Positions 37,321-50,104 are shown, counted from the stretch's first letter. The stretch is DNA of 64,000 nt from Mobula hypostoma (GCF_963921235.1 NC_086108.1:4030001-4094000), one strand, 5' to 3'. The notes: generated from the sequence alone by a model not told the origin. Numbers and translations are program-made.

Positions 37321-38190
37321 GTACTCTCTAGTTTGAGTACAGAGAGGAAATTAAGAACCTGGTGGCATGGTGCGAAGACAATAACCTATCCCTCAATGTC
37401 AGCAAGACGAAGGAATTGGTTGTTGACTTCGGAAGTAGTGGCAGACCGCACGACCCAATTTACATCGGTGGTGCGCAAGTGGAACAGGTCAAAAGCTTTA
37501 AGTTCCTCGGGGTCAATATCACAAATGACCTGACTTGGTCCAACCAAGCAGAGTTCACTGCCAAGAAGGCCCACCAACGCCTTTACTTCCTGAGGAAGCT
37601 AAGGAAATTTGGCCTGTCCCCTAAAACCCTCACTAATTTTTATAGGTGTACTGTAGAAAGCATTCTTCTAGGGTGCATCACAACCTGGTATGGAAGTTGT
37701 CCTGTCCAAGACCGGAAGAAGCTGCAGAAGATCGTGAACACAGCCCAGCACATCACACAAACCAATCTTCCATCCTTGGACTCACTTTACACCGCACGCT
37801 GTCAGAGCAGTGCTGCCAGGATAATCAAGGACACCACCCACCCAGCCAACACACTTTTCGTCCCTCTTCCCTCCGGGAGAAGGCTCAGGAGCTTGAAGAC
37901 TCGTTCGGCCAGATTTGGGAACAGCTTCTTTCCAACTGTGACTAGACTGCTGAACGGATCCTGACCCGGATCTGGGCCGTACCCTCCAAATATCCAGACC
38001 TGCCTCTCAGTTTTTTTGCACTACTTTACTTTCCCTTTTCTATTTTCTATTTATGATTTATAATTTAAATTTTTAATATTTACTATTGATTTGTACTCCA
38101 GGGAGCATGAAGAGCAGAATCAAATATCGCTGTGATGATTGTACTCTCTAGTATCAATTGTTTGGCGACAATAAAGTATAAAGTAAAGTA
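37321..38190 (+). mobile_element. Rex1/Babar-like LINE 3' part (200-aa open fragment) nested in CR1
   Basis: ORF 37362-37964 LNVSKTKELVVDF...KFLGV...RFGNSFFP; (TAAAG)n tail; CR1 'TSGVPQG' region split around it. Confidence 0.88.
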
Positions 38191-38286
38191 GTGATGTTCC
38201 GCAGGGGTTAGTGGTAGGACCATTTCTTTTTATGCTGTATATAAATGATTTAGATGATGGAGTAGATAGATGGCTTTGCCAAGTTT

Positions 38287-38883
38287 AGATTTAGATTTAG
38301 ATTGAGATTCAACTTTATTGTCATTGTGCCGAGTACAGATACAAAGCCAATGAAATGCAATTAGCATCTAACTAGAAATGCAAAGAATAGTGTTATTTAT
38401 AAAATAACTGCGAATAAAAAGTAAGTGCTACAGCACACAAATATAAAAGTACTGAGACAGTACAGTATGAGTGCAATACTGCTTAGCGCTGTGATGTGAG
38501 GTTCAGCAGGGTCACAGCCTCAGGGAAGAAGCTCTTCCTGTGCCTGCTGGTGTGGGAGCGGAGGCTCCTGTAGCGCCTACCGGATGGGAGGAGAGTAAAA
38601 AGTCCATAGTTAGGATCAGATGGCATCCTTGATAATGCTTTTCGCCTTGCCCAGGCAGTGTTTATGGTAGATGTTCTCAGTGGTGGGCAATTGGGTGCCG
38701 ATAATCTGCTGGGCAGTTTTCACCACATGCTGGAGTGCTTTGCAGTCCGATACGGGACAATTGCCATACCACACTGAGATGCAGTTGGTGAGTATGCTCT
38801 CAGTGGTACAGCGGTAAAAGTCCATCAGTATCCTGGGACAGAGGTGAGATTTCTTGATACTCTGCAGGAAAATAAAGGAAATA
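38287..38883 (-). mobile_element. Rex1-like LINE 3' fragment nested in CR1
   Basis: FYRCTTESILTNCISVWYG; (AATCTA)n tail; AAGTTT duplicated at 38281-38286 and 38884-38889, splitting KFADD. Confidence 0.82.
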
Positions 38884-39743
38884 AAGTTTGCAGATGATAC
38901 AAAGATTGGTGGAGGGGCAGGTCATGTTGAGAAAACAGGTAGGCTGCAGAAGGACTTAGACAGATTAGGAGAATTGGGACGAAAGTGGCAAATGAAATAC
39001 AATGTTGAAAAATGCATGGTCGTACACTTTGATAGTAGAAATAAATGTGCAGACAACTTTCTAAACGGGGAGAAAATACAAAATCTGAGATGCAAAGGGA
39101 CTTGGGAGTCCTTGTGTAGAACACCATAAAGGTTAACTTGCAGGTTGAGTCAGTGGTGAGGAAGACAAAGGTAATGTTAGCATTCATTTCAAGGGGTCTA
39201 GAATACAAGAACAGGGATGTGATGCTGAGGCTTTATAAGGCACTGGTGAGGCCTCACCTTGAGTATTATGAACAGTTTTGGGCCCCTCATCTAAAGATGT
39301 GCTGGCATTGGAGAGGGTTCAGAGGAGGTTCGTAAGGTTGATTCCAGGAGTGAAAGGGTCTGTACTTGCTGGAATTTAGAAAGATGAGGGAGGGATCTCA
39401 TTGAAACCTTTCAAATGTTGAAAGACCTAGACAGAGTAGATGTGGAAGGGATGTTTCCCATAGTGGGGGAGTCTAGGACAAGAGGGCACATCCTCATGAT
39501 AGAGATGTGGAGAAATTTCTTGACCCAAAGGATGGCGAACTTGTGAAATTTATTACCACGGGCAGCTGTGGATGCCAGGTCGTTGGGTGTATTTAAGGCT
39601 GAGCTTGATCCGTTCTTGATTGGACATGGCATCAAAGGTTACGGGGAGAAGACTGAATGGGGCTAGGAGGGGAAAAAGGATCAACCGTGACTGAATGATG
39701 GTGCCAAATGGCCCAATTCTGCTCCTATGTCTTATGGTCTTGT

Positions 39744-40270
39744 GTTGCTGCAACTACAAAGAAGGCACAACAGCGGCTACATTTCATCAGGAGTTTGAGG
39801 AGATTTGGTATGTTACTGAAAAACTCTCTTAAATTTTTACAGATGTACAGTGGAGAGCATTCTAACTGGCTCCATCACCGTCTGGTATGGGTGTACGGGG
39901 GCTGGGGGGGGGGGGAGAAGGGTCAACTGCACAGGATTGAAATAAGCTGCGGACAGTTGTAAACTTAGTCAGCTCCATCATGGACACTAGCCTCTATAGT
40001 ATCCCAGACATCTTCAAGGAGCGATGCCTCTAAAAGGCGGCATCCATCATTAAGGACCCCCCCATCACCCAGGACATGCCCTCTTCTCATTGCTACCATC
40101 AGGGAGGAGGTACAGGAGCCTGAAGACACACACTCAACGATTCAGGAACAGCTTCTTCCCCTCTGCATCTGATTTCTGAATGGACATTGAACCCACGAAC
40201 ACTGCCTCACTACTTTTTTATTTCTATTTTTGTGCTACTTATTTAATTTAATTTAATTTAATTATTTTAC
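39744..40270 (+). mobile_element. Rex1-like LINE 3' part; its 5' continuation lies at ~33075-33132
   Basis: TTKKAQQRLHFIRSLRRFG...RFRNSFFPS; upstream piece FLCVHISWDLT lies before the CR1. Confidence 0.75.
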
Positions 40271-40814
40271 ATGTGTATTTACTGAATCAGAATCAGGTTT
40301 AACATTACTGGCATATGCTTTGTTAACTTTGCTGCAGCAGTACGATGCAATTCATGATAAATATAGAGAAAAAAGAATTATAGTGTCTGCATTACAGTAT
40401 ATATGTATGTGTGTGTGTATATTATATATGTACATTAAATAGTTAAATTTAAAATAGGAGTGGAAAAAGAGTAAAACTATAAAAATACTAAGGTAATGTT
40501 CATGGGTTCAATGTCCATTCAGAAATCAGATGGCAGAGGGGAAGAAGCTGGTGAATTTCATGTATATGGGGGTGATATTAAAGCCAATTCTGGTAAAATG
40601 ATGGGAGGTCTAGATAGGATAGACAATATGAATCATTCTTCTGGGTAAAAATATCAAATACTAGAAGTTGTGCTTCGAAGTTGAAGTAAAGAAAGTTGAA
40701 AGGAGATGAGTGGGTGTGCTGTAGCCATAGAGAGCGGTAGGTTTCTGGAACGGGTGCCAGGGTTGGTGCTGGAAGGAAGCAGATGTGAAAGTGGTGTTTA
40801 AGACGCTTTTAGAC

Positions 40815-41628
40815 ATAGAAACATAGAACATAGAAACCCTACAGCACAATACAGGCCCTTTGGCCCACAATGCTGTGCCGAACATGTACTTACTTTAGAA
40901 ATTACCTAGGATTACCCATGGCCCTCTATTTGTCTAAGCTCCTTTTACCTATCCAGGAGCCTCTTAAAAGACCCTATCGTATCCACCTCCATCACTCTTG
41001 CCTGCAGCTCATTCCACATACTCACCACTCTCTGCATAAAAAAACTTACCCCTGACATCTCCTCTTTACCAACTTCCAAGCACCTTAAAGCTGTGTCCGC
41101 TTGTGTTAGCCATTTCAGTCCTGGGAAAAACCCTCTGACAGATACGCCTCTATCAGGTCACCTCTCATCTTCCGCCGCTCCAAGGAGAAAAGGACGAGTT
41201 CACTCAACTTATTCTCATAAGGCATGCTCCCCAATCCAGGCAACATCCTTGTAAATCTCCTCTGCACCCTTTCTATGGTTTCCACATCCTTCCTGTAGTG
41301 AGGCGACCAGAACTGAGCACAGTACTCCAAGTGGGGTCTGACCAGGGTCCTATGTAGCTGCAACATTACCTCTCGGCTCCTAAACTCAATCCCACAATTG
41401 ATGAAGGCCAATGTACCGTATGCCTTCTTAACCACAGAGTCAACCTGCGCAGCAGCTTTGAGTGTCCTATGGACTCGGACCCCAAGATCCCTCTGACCCT
41501 CCACACTGCCAAGAGTCTTACCATTAATGCTATATTCTGCCATCATATTTGACCTACCAAAATGAACCACCTCACATTTATCTGGGTTGAACTCCATCTG
41601 CCACTTCTCAGCCCAGTTTTGCATCCTA
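40815..41628 (-). mobile_element. CR1 LINE (family C) 3' fragment
   Basis: MQNWAEKWQMEFNPDKC...HLEYCAQFWSPHYRKD; TTTCTATG tail. Confidence 0.9.
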
Positions 41629-42109
41629 AAAATGTCCCAGGCAGGTGAGAAGATGTAAGTGATAAGAGTGGGGAATAGGAGAGGGTTGGGGAGGGTTTTT
41701 TTTCCACTGCAGTTCTATGCTTGGTGAGATAAACAAGTCTTTGCATTGGTGATGCTAATGCCCAAAAGTAACGCAAGGGAGGTGTTACGTTTTGTTATGT
41801 AGCAATTTAGCATAATGCTTCACAGCACCAGTGATCGGGGTACTGCTGTGTCTAAGGCGTTTGTATGCTCCCCCGTGACCACGTGCGTCTCTAGCTTCCT
41901 CCCACGGTCCGAAGATATCGATGGGATGTTTTGTAACTGCAAAACGTTAAACTAATTCAAAGGAAGGCATGGGTGTCTGAAATGCAGGCCTAACTTTGAG
42001 TGGTAGCATGATGACGTATTCAATTCACTTATTTATAGTTCTATCCTGTGATGACTTATTTAAAGGAACAAGGATGTTTAATTTTATATATATATAAAAA
42101 TATAGCCCT

Positions 42110-42565
42110 CGTACCTACTGGTCTTTGTCCACAGCCCTTCTTCATGTTGGGGTCCTCATCTCTCAGCGGAGCGCAGGCCATCGATGCCCCCTGTCTCCAT
42201 CAAACTCTGTTCTGAGCCAGTTTCTCGAGTGTGGACGAGGAGCGTCGTTCATCTAATTTTGGTCTGTCCTCTGGATGTCCCTTTTTCCCTCTTTCCTCGG
42301 GGATTCCATTTTAATGCCTGCCTGCTGATGTTGTCGGTTGCCTTGCTCAAGGTGTGGCCAATCCAGCTCCATTTCTGTTTGTGTATTAGTATCTCTGTGG
42401 ACTGCTGGTTGGAGTTTCCCCATGGTTACTTTCTGATGTTTAGGGTTCTTCTCACGCACTGGTTGATGAAAGCCTGCAGTTTTCTTCTTGTTCTCAGGTT
42501 TCAGAGCCACAACGGAGCACTGATTTAACACTTGTGTTGAAGATTCTGATCTTGGTTTGTCTGTA
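42110..42565 (-). mobile_element. RTE-clade LINE C-terminal remnant
   Basis: Minus frames KIRIFNTSVKSVL... and RWSWIGHTL...RQALKWNPRGKR. Confidence 0.7.
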
Positions 42566-43049
42566 GGGCTTGCTGACCCGACATCCGTCCATGGGGATCA
42601 TTGGCCTTCGCCCAGCCTGACATTTAAAACTCCCCCTCATCCCAGTCACTAAACCCTAAGCCTCCTGCCAAGGTTACGGAACACTGCTGGGAGATCTCTG
42701 TGTTCTACCATCCCCACCTCTAATGCAAACTTGACCTTAATCATTCCCTCGGTGGTAGCTGTGCCTAAACATCTGGCTTGTGGCTCATTACCATTACCAC
42801 CACTGTTCTCTAAACCACTGCTCCTACCTTTAAAGCCTCCCTTCTGGTTCAAAGTAAATTTATTATGAGAGCACGTTTATGTCACCATAAACAACCCTGA
42901 GGTTCATTTTCTTGTGGGCATAGTTAATATAAATATATGTAAAATAATGACCATAATAGAATCAATAATAGACCACACCAACCTGGGTGTTTAACCAGTG
43001 TTCAAAGGACAACAAACTGCGCAAATACGCAAAGAAAGGAATGACAATA

Positions 43050-43416
43050 AGGAGGATGAGAGGAGACATGATAGAGGTGTACAAGATAATAAGAGGAATA
43101 GATAGAGTGGATAGCCAGCGCCTCTTCCCCAGGGCACCACTGCTCAATGCAAGGGGACATGGCTTTAAGGTAAGGGGTGGGAAGTTCAAGGGGGATATTA
43201 GAGGAAGGTTTTTTACTCAGAGAGTGGTTGGTGCGTGGAATGCACTGCCTGAGTCAGCGGTGGAGGCAGATACACTAGTGAAGTTTAAGAGACTACTAGA
43301 CAGGTATATGGAGGAATTTAAGGTGGGGGGGCTTGTATGGGAGGCAGGGTTTGAGGGTCGGCACAACATTGTGGGCCGAAGGGCCTGTACTGTGCTGTAC
43401 TATTCTATGTTCTATG
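43050..43416 (+). mobile_element. CR1 family A 3' fragment
   Basis: Near-identical to the 3' end of 18149-18520 (RRMRGDMIEVYK...KFKRLLDRYMEE); TTCTATG tail. Confidence 0.9.
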
Positions 43417-43439
43417 TAAATAAGAAGAGTCTTGAAAGT

Positions 43440-44220
43440 GAGTCCATAGGTACATTTCAATGACTGGGTGAGTGAATTTGAGTGAAGTTATCCTCTCTGG
43501 TTCAAGAGCCTGATAGTTGAGGGGTAGTAACTGTTTCTGAATTTTGTAGTGTGAGTCCTGAGTCTCCTGTACCTTCTTCCTGATGGCAACAGTGAGAAGG
43601 GAGCATGTCCTGGGTGGTGGGGGTCCCTGATGATGGATGCTGCTTTCCTGTGACGGCACTCTGTGTAGATGTGCTCAATGGACGGGTGAGCTTTACCTGT
43701 GATGGACTGGACTGTATTCACTAATTTTGTGGGATTTTCCATTCAAGGGCATTGGTGTTTCCATACCTGGCTGTGATGCAGCCAGTCAATGTACTCTCCA
43801 CCGCACATCTGTAGAAATTTGTCAGAGTTTTAGATGTCGTGCTGAATCTTTGCAAACTCCTAAGGAAGTAGAGGTACTGCCATGCTTTCTTCATAGTTGC
43901 ACTTACATGCTGGGCCCAGGACAGGTCCTTGGAAATGACTGCACTGAGAAATTTAAAGTGGACTGGCTCATGGACCTCTGGTTTCCTCCGGCTCCTTGGT
44001 CCTGCTGACATTGAGTGACAGGTTTTCCACCGCCACCTATTCGGCCCACGACAGTGATGTCGTCAGCAAACTGGAATATGGAATTCGAGCTGTGCTTAAC
44101 CACACAGTCAGTGGCGTAGAACGAGTAGAGCGGGGGCTAAGCACACAGTTTGTGGTGCACCTGAGCTGATGGAGATCGTGGAGGAGATGTTGTTACCAGT
44201 CCAAACTGAGTGGGGTCTGC
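43440..44220 (-). mobile_element. Rex1-like LINE fragment, degenerate
   Basis: KHSSNSIFQFADD, FYRCAVESTLTGC, KFRNSYYP. Confidence 0.8.
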
Positions 44221-44366
44221 AAGCTTCTCGTAGGTTTTACAATTGAACCCACGTCATCCACTTCTGCTGGCAGCTTGTTTCCAAACTCTCACCATCCTTT
44301 GAGTGAAATAGTTCACCCTCAGATGCCCCTTAAATGTTTCTCCATTCACCTTAGAAGCACCCATAA

Positions 44367-45133
44367 CACTGGACAACAAATTTTTTTGAAAGTGTTGCTT
44401 ACTCAGAATTTTTATTTTGTTTATGATAAGCTCCTTGAAGCTGAACACAAATATAATTTCAGCCTACTTGTATCGTGCAGGAATTTGGAGAAACAATATA
44501 TTAAATTTTATTGAATATAATGCGTTTAATTGCATAATGGTGTTGACACTTTGCAATAGATCAACTAAGCTAAAATGTTTTGTTGATGATTTTCATTTAT
44601 ACTCAGTTTGAGGCTTCCCAACAATAATCAGCTAGCACTGATGGATTCCAGTTGCCCTGATACCGTTTCTCCATGACCTCAATGTCCTGGTGAAATCTTT
44701 CACCATGCTCGTCACTAACAGTGCCAAGAAATGCAGGGAAGAAGTCTAAACGAGAATGCAGGAAGTCTTTAGTGACACGTTGCACTTCATGGTTTTGTAT
44801 GCTTGAAGCATGTTGTCAACCAGCTGCATGTAGTTTGATGCTCTGTAGTTGCCAAGAAAACTGACAACAGCATCTTTAAATGCCTTCCATGGAATTTTCT
44901 CTGGTCCTACCAGAAGTTGTTCGAATTGCCTGTCACTAATGACCTGTACTAATGGGCCAACAAAAATGCCTTCCTTAATCTTGGCATCAGTTATTCTGAC
45001 TTGAATTATGAATTGAAATAACAAATATAGTACATGATAGGGAAATTTCATGGTGATTTTCATGATCATCAGCCCAAAATCCATAAGATATACCCAAAAG
45101 TATTCAGGAAGCAAAATATTTTGTTGCCCAGGG
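44367..45133 (-). mobile_element. Chapaev3-type (CMC) DNA transposon, internally deleted
   Basis: TIRs CACTGGACAACAA / TTGTTGCCCAGGG, TAA TSD on both sides; transposase remnant AKIKEGIFVGP...LHSRLDFFP...SDEHGERFHQDI...YQGNWNPSVLADYCW. Confidence 0.85.
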
Positions 45134-46022
45134 TAATTATTGTTGCTAATTAATCTCTGCTCAAATTATCAGGGCACACGAGAGAGCCTTGTAGAAGATT
45201 ATCCCCAATTTGGGCACATGCTCTCAAAAAGGTTCACCACCCCTGTTTATAGCAAAGAATGAGGCCATTCAGCCCTATGCCAGTTGATTTTTTTACTGAG
45301 AAACAGCGTGGAATTGGCCCTTCAAACCACACCACAATGACCAATTAACCTACCAACCGGTGCGTCTTTGGACTGTGGGAGGAAACCCAGGGAGAACGTA
45401 CAGACTCCTTACAGACAGCAGCGGGAATTGAACCTGGGTCGCTGGTGGTGCTACCGTGCCACTGCGTGAAGAGTGAATCTGACCTCTGAACTCTTGGTTA
45501 GTTGCTGCACAGGTTGCAGCTCTTGAGGTGGTCGTAGGAGGACGACTTAGCCACGACAAAGATTTCTGATCCACTGCCTTTTTTGTGTAGTGCTCTGGTC
45601 AGAGACACTGTCTGACCTGCTGAGTTCCTCTAGCATTTTGTGTGTGTTGTTCTGGGCAAGGATACTTCAGTAATAAATTTAGTTTGAATTTTGAACTTTG
45701 TTTTTTTTTAAATAGCTTAGTTGGAAGACAAATGTGTTTCCAAATGTTTAGACAGGTGGGCTTAGGGAGGGCTCAGCTTATTGTGCCACAGTGTTGCACA
45801 CGTCAGGAGACCCTGCCTCGTTCCCCCTGCTGCCTTTGTCTGCTTAACCACCTGTCACCAAATGTTTGCCCTGGTGTAGTGGCCTGCAGAATAGACCGGC
45901 AAGGCCTTTGCAGTGTAGCAGTGCAGTGTCTGTCAGTTGTTGTGATTCCCTGCTTGGGATTTGTTGCTAGATCTACCTTTTGGTCTGGAGACCAGTAACC
46001 CTGAGGTACCACACTGACTCAC

Positions 46023-46312
46023 CAGCCCATAACGCACAGCACCCCGCATCGTCCAACCTCCTTGTCCCCGATGGGGGCAGGAAACTGTGGTGCTTCAGGA
46101 CTGTTATCGTCCAGCCAGGCCAGCGCGATGTCCAGGTTGTGAGCGATGTAGACGCTGGCTGTAAGGACACGGACGCGGATGCTGCTGGATCTGGCAGTGG
46201 GGCCGCTGGTATTGCTTTCCTTCTGCGCTGGGTAGTGGCAGGTACCGCTTGTTGTCTCAGCTCCAGGCGTTCTCCATTCTAACCAAGGCTCACCAACCTT
46301 GCGCACTCTGTT
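46023..46312 (-). other. Candidate coding exon (290 nt) in CpG-retaining unique sequence
   Basis: Donor TG|GTGAGT, moderate acceptor TTTTATTCTGATGCCCAG, open frame NRVRKVGEPWLEW...SIRVRVLTASVYIAHNLDIALAWLDDNSPE...; no homolog recognised. Confidence 0.3.
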
Positions 46313-47174
46313 CTGGGCATCAGAATAAAAGCCATTGTTGTTATTATTAACCTGTTGTTAAGGGCTTGCATTTCACCGTTGGCCTGCACTGTCTCTGTTG
46401 CTGATAACGCTTTATTCTGCATTCTGTTATTGTTCTACCTCAGTGCACTGTGTAATGATCTGATCTGTGCGGACAGCGTGCAAGACGAGCTTTTCACTCT
46501 ATCTCGGTACAGGTGAAGATAATAAATCTCAGGGACAGGGACTCCAGCTCCAGGTTTTTCCCTGGGGGTTAACTCCCAAAGCCTTCTCCTTGAGCAAGGC
46601 AGTGGGGGTTTGAGGTCAGAGTTTTCCTGCTCCTAGATGAGCTGCCAACCACGGCTGACGAGCCCCATCTGCCCGAACTAACCTGCATTTGCCCTGTTCT
46701 CCTGTCAGTGGAAACTGTTCCGCCAGGTTTAGTAGCTAAGCCACACGTGAATGCCAGGAGCTGGACTTGGTTGTTGGAGGCTGAGACGCGTTCCATTGGG
46801 AGCATTTAGTAGGTATTGGGAGCTTGTCCCCATTACCACCCCCGGCTACAACAACCTTGCAGCAGGTATGGCATCTATGGAGCAGAATAAACGGTCAGCA
46901 TTTTGGGCTGAGACCCTTCAGGACCGGAAAGGGGGTGGGCAGAAGTCGAAATAAGGTGGAGTGAGAAGGAGCAGTACGAGCTGGCAGGTGATAGGTGAGA
47001 CTGGGTGAGGGGGAAGGTGGGTGGGTGGGGAGAGGGAAGGAGTAGAAGCTGGCAGGTGATAGGTGAGACCAGGTCAAGCAACATTAACCACAATAAGGCA
47101 ATAACAAACCGCTTTCTCACCGTAGTCTCGCTCTTTCATTCTGTCTCTCTCGCAATCTCACTCACTCACTCACA

Positions 47175-47812
47175 CAGCTTCAAATTCCTCGGCATACACA
47201 TCACCGAGGACCTCACGTGGTCTGTACACACCAGCTGTGTGGTGAGAAAAGCACAACAGCCCCTCTTTCACCTCAGACAGTTGAAGAAGTTTGGCACGAG
47301 TCCCCATATCCTCAGAACTTCCTACTTTCTACAGGAACACAATTGAGATCATCCTGACTGGCTGCATCACTGCCTGGTGTGGGAACTGTACTTCCCTCAA
47401 TCACAGGACTCTGCAGAGAGTGGTGCAGACAGCCCAGCGCATCTGTAGATGTGAACTTCCCACCATTCAGAGCATTTACAAGGACAGGTATGTAAAAAGG
47501 GCCGAAGGATCATTGGGACCTGAGTCACCCCAACCACAAACTGTTCCAGCTGTTACCATCCGGGAAATGGTACCACAGCATAAAAACCAGGAACAACAGG
47601 CTCCAGGACAGCTTCTTCCACCAGGCCATCAGACTGATTAACTCACGCTGACACAATTGTATTTCTAAGCTATACTGACTGCCTTGTTGTATATCTTATT
47701 GTACATCATATCTATTACAAATGACTATAACTGCACATTCAGACAGAGACGTAACGTTAAAGATTTTACGCCTCGTGTATGTGAAGGAGGGAAGAATTAA
47801 AAGTCAATTCAA
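47175..47812 (+). mobile_element. Rex1-like LINE 3' fragment
   Basis: SFKFLGIHITEDLTW...ILTGCITAWCG; (TCAAT)n tail. Confidence 0.8.
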
Positions 47813-47904
47813 TCACACACACTCTATCTCGTGTGCACACACAATCTTGTGCTCACACACTCTCTTGCACACTCACTGTCTCGTACGCATGCACACAACA
47901 CAAC

Positions 47905-48280
47905 CTCCAGCCCATGGCCCTGGATTCACAGACATCAGGCCCCAATCTCCAACCCCTGCCCTGGACACTCAGACATCGGGCCCCAATCTCCAGCCCCTGG
48001 TCCTGGATTCACAGACATTGGGCCCCAACCTTCAACCCCTCCCCTGGACACTCAGACATCGGGCCCCAATCTCCAGCCCCTGGTCCTGGATTCAGATTCA
48101 CAGACATTGGGCCCCAATCTGCAGCCCCTCCCCTGGACACTCAGACATCGGGCCCCAATCTCCAGCCCCTGGTCCTGGATTCAGATTCACAGACATTGGG
48201 CCCCAATCTGCAGCCCCTGGTCCCGGATCACAGACATCAGGCTCCGAACTGCAGCCCCTGGTTCTGGACTTGCAGACATC
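47905..48280. repeat. Higher-order minisatellite (~40-45 bp subunits)
   Basis: Alternating GGATTCACAGACATTGGGCCCCAATCT(G/C)CAGCCCCT and GGACACTCAGACATCGGGCCCCAATCTCCAGCCCCT units. Confidence 0.9.
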
Positions 48281-48459
48281 GGGTGGCGACGAGGAGGGGT
48301 ACAGGGGTGAGATGGATCAGCAGCTTGAGTGGTGTTACCTTGCACTCAACGTCAGTAAGACCGGGACATTGGATGGCGATGACGTAGTGGTGAGCACGAT
48401 GCTATTACAGCTCTGGGCATTCCAGAGTTTGGAGCTCAATTCAACACTGGTGCCTCTCA

Positions 48460-49627
48460 GAGGTGTGTGCTTAGCCCACTGCTCTACTCTCTCTACACCA
48501 GGGGTCCCCAACCTTTTTCGCACTGCGGACCGGTTTAATATTGACAATATTCTTGCGGACCGGCCAACGGGGTGTGTTCAAGTTCAACAGTGTGTGACAG
48601 GGAACGAGGAAAGGTGCAGCTGACTCATATCGTTTCATATTGCCAAATCATATCGTTTCCTTGCGGCCCGGTATCACATGCTTTGTAGCCCGGTGGTTGG
48701 GGACCGCTGCTCAACACTCATGACTGTGTGGCTAGACATAGCTCAAATACCATCTACAAATTTGCTGATGATACAACCATTGTTGGTAGAATCTCAGGTG
48801 GTGATGAGAGGGCGTACAGGAGTGAGATATGCCAAATGGTGGAGTGGTGTCGTAGGAACAACCTGGCACTCAATGTCAGTAAGACAAAAGAGCTGATTGT
48901 GGACTTCAGGAAGGGCAAGACGAGGGAAAACATACCAATCTTCATACAGGGATTAGAAGTGGAGCGAGTGAGCAGTTTCAAGTTCTTGGGTGTCAAGATA
49001 TCTGAGGATCTAACCTGGTCCCAACATATTAATGTCGTCATAAAGAAGGCAAGACAGCAGGTTTACTTTATTAGGAGTTTGAAGGGATTTGTCAACAAAA
49101 GCACTCAAAAACTTCTATAGATGTACCATGGAGAGCATTCTGACAGGCTGCATCACTGTCTGATATGGGGGGGCTACTGCACAGGACCGAAAGAAGCTGC
49201 AGAAGGTTGTAAATCTAGTTATCTCCATCTTGGGTACTAGCCTACAAAGTACCCAGGATATCTTCAGAAAGCGGTATCTCAGAAAGGCAGCGTCCATTAT
49301 TAAGGACCTCCAGCACCCAGGGCGTGCCCTTTTCTCACCGTTACCATCAGGAAGGAGGTACAGGAGCCTGAAGACACACACTCAGCGATTCAGGAACAGC
49401 TTCTTCCCCTCTGCCATCCGATTCCTAAATGGACATTGAACCCGTGAACACTATCTCACTTTTTTACTATATATTATTTCGTTTTTTTGCACTATTTTAA
49501 ATCTATTCAATATATGTATACTGTAATTAATTTATTATTATTTTTCTTCTATATGATGTATTGTATTGAACTGCTGCTAAGTTAACAAATTTCACGACAC
49601 ATACCGGTGATAATAAATCTGATTCTG
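48460..49627 (+). mobile_element. Rex1/Babar-like LINE, 5'-truncated
   Basis: SPLLYSLY[insert][24 protein letters not shown]...RFRNSFFPSAIRFLN; GATTCT tail. Confidence 0.88.
48499..48709. mobile_element. hAT-family MITE inserted in Rex1-like RT
   Basis: TIRs CAGGGGTCCCCAACC / GGTTGGGGACCGCTG; 8-bp TSD CTCTACAC / CTCAACAC. Confidence 0.88.
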
Positions 49628-50104
49628 ACAAGAAGGTTCTGGTGCCATTCCATGGAATGCGTGGGTTTTCCCCGGATCCTCCCGTTTCCTCCCACAGTCC
49701 AAAGACATACCGGGTGGGTTAATTGGTCATTGTAAGTGATTAGGTCAGGATTAATCGGGCTTGTTGGGGGGTTGCTGAGGCGACAAGGCTGAAAGGGCTG
49801 GAAGGGCCTACTGGGCCCCGTGGGGCTTCAGGAAGGGGAGTCAGGAGAGCCCACACTGGTCTTCATCGAGGGTTCGGCAATGGAATGGGTGAGCAGCTCT
49901 AAATTCCTGACAGTCAACATCTCTGAGGATCTGTCCTGGGCCCAACGTGCTGATGCAATTACAAAGACAGCTCAACAGTGGCTATATTTCATTCAGAGTC
50001 TGAGGAGATTTAGTATGTCAGCAAAGACACTCGCAAATTTCTACAGATGTACTGTGGAGAGCATTCTAACTGGCTGCATCACCTTTGGGTATGAAGGGGC
50101 TAGT

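Larger units (their letters stand above)
33133..39743 (+). mobile_element. CR1 LINE (ORF1 esterase to 3' tail), degenerate, carrying three nested insertions
   Basis: VIGDSIVW/HIGTNDI ORF1; GDFN, SDH endonuclease; YLDFQKAFDKVPH, KFADDTK RT; TCTTATGG tail; host sequence resumes after each insert. Confidence 0.9.

Noticed and set aside
46023..46312. Assignment to TYSND1/trypsin-like or UBA-domain protein
   Set aside because: Only a few residues resemble these motifs; catalytic or structural context is missing.
47721..48623. 300-aa ORF
   Set aside because: Patchwork of LINE tail, minisatellite, SINE/LINE pieces and MITE.
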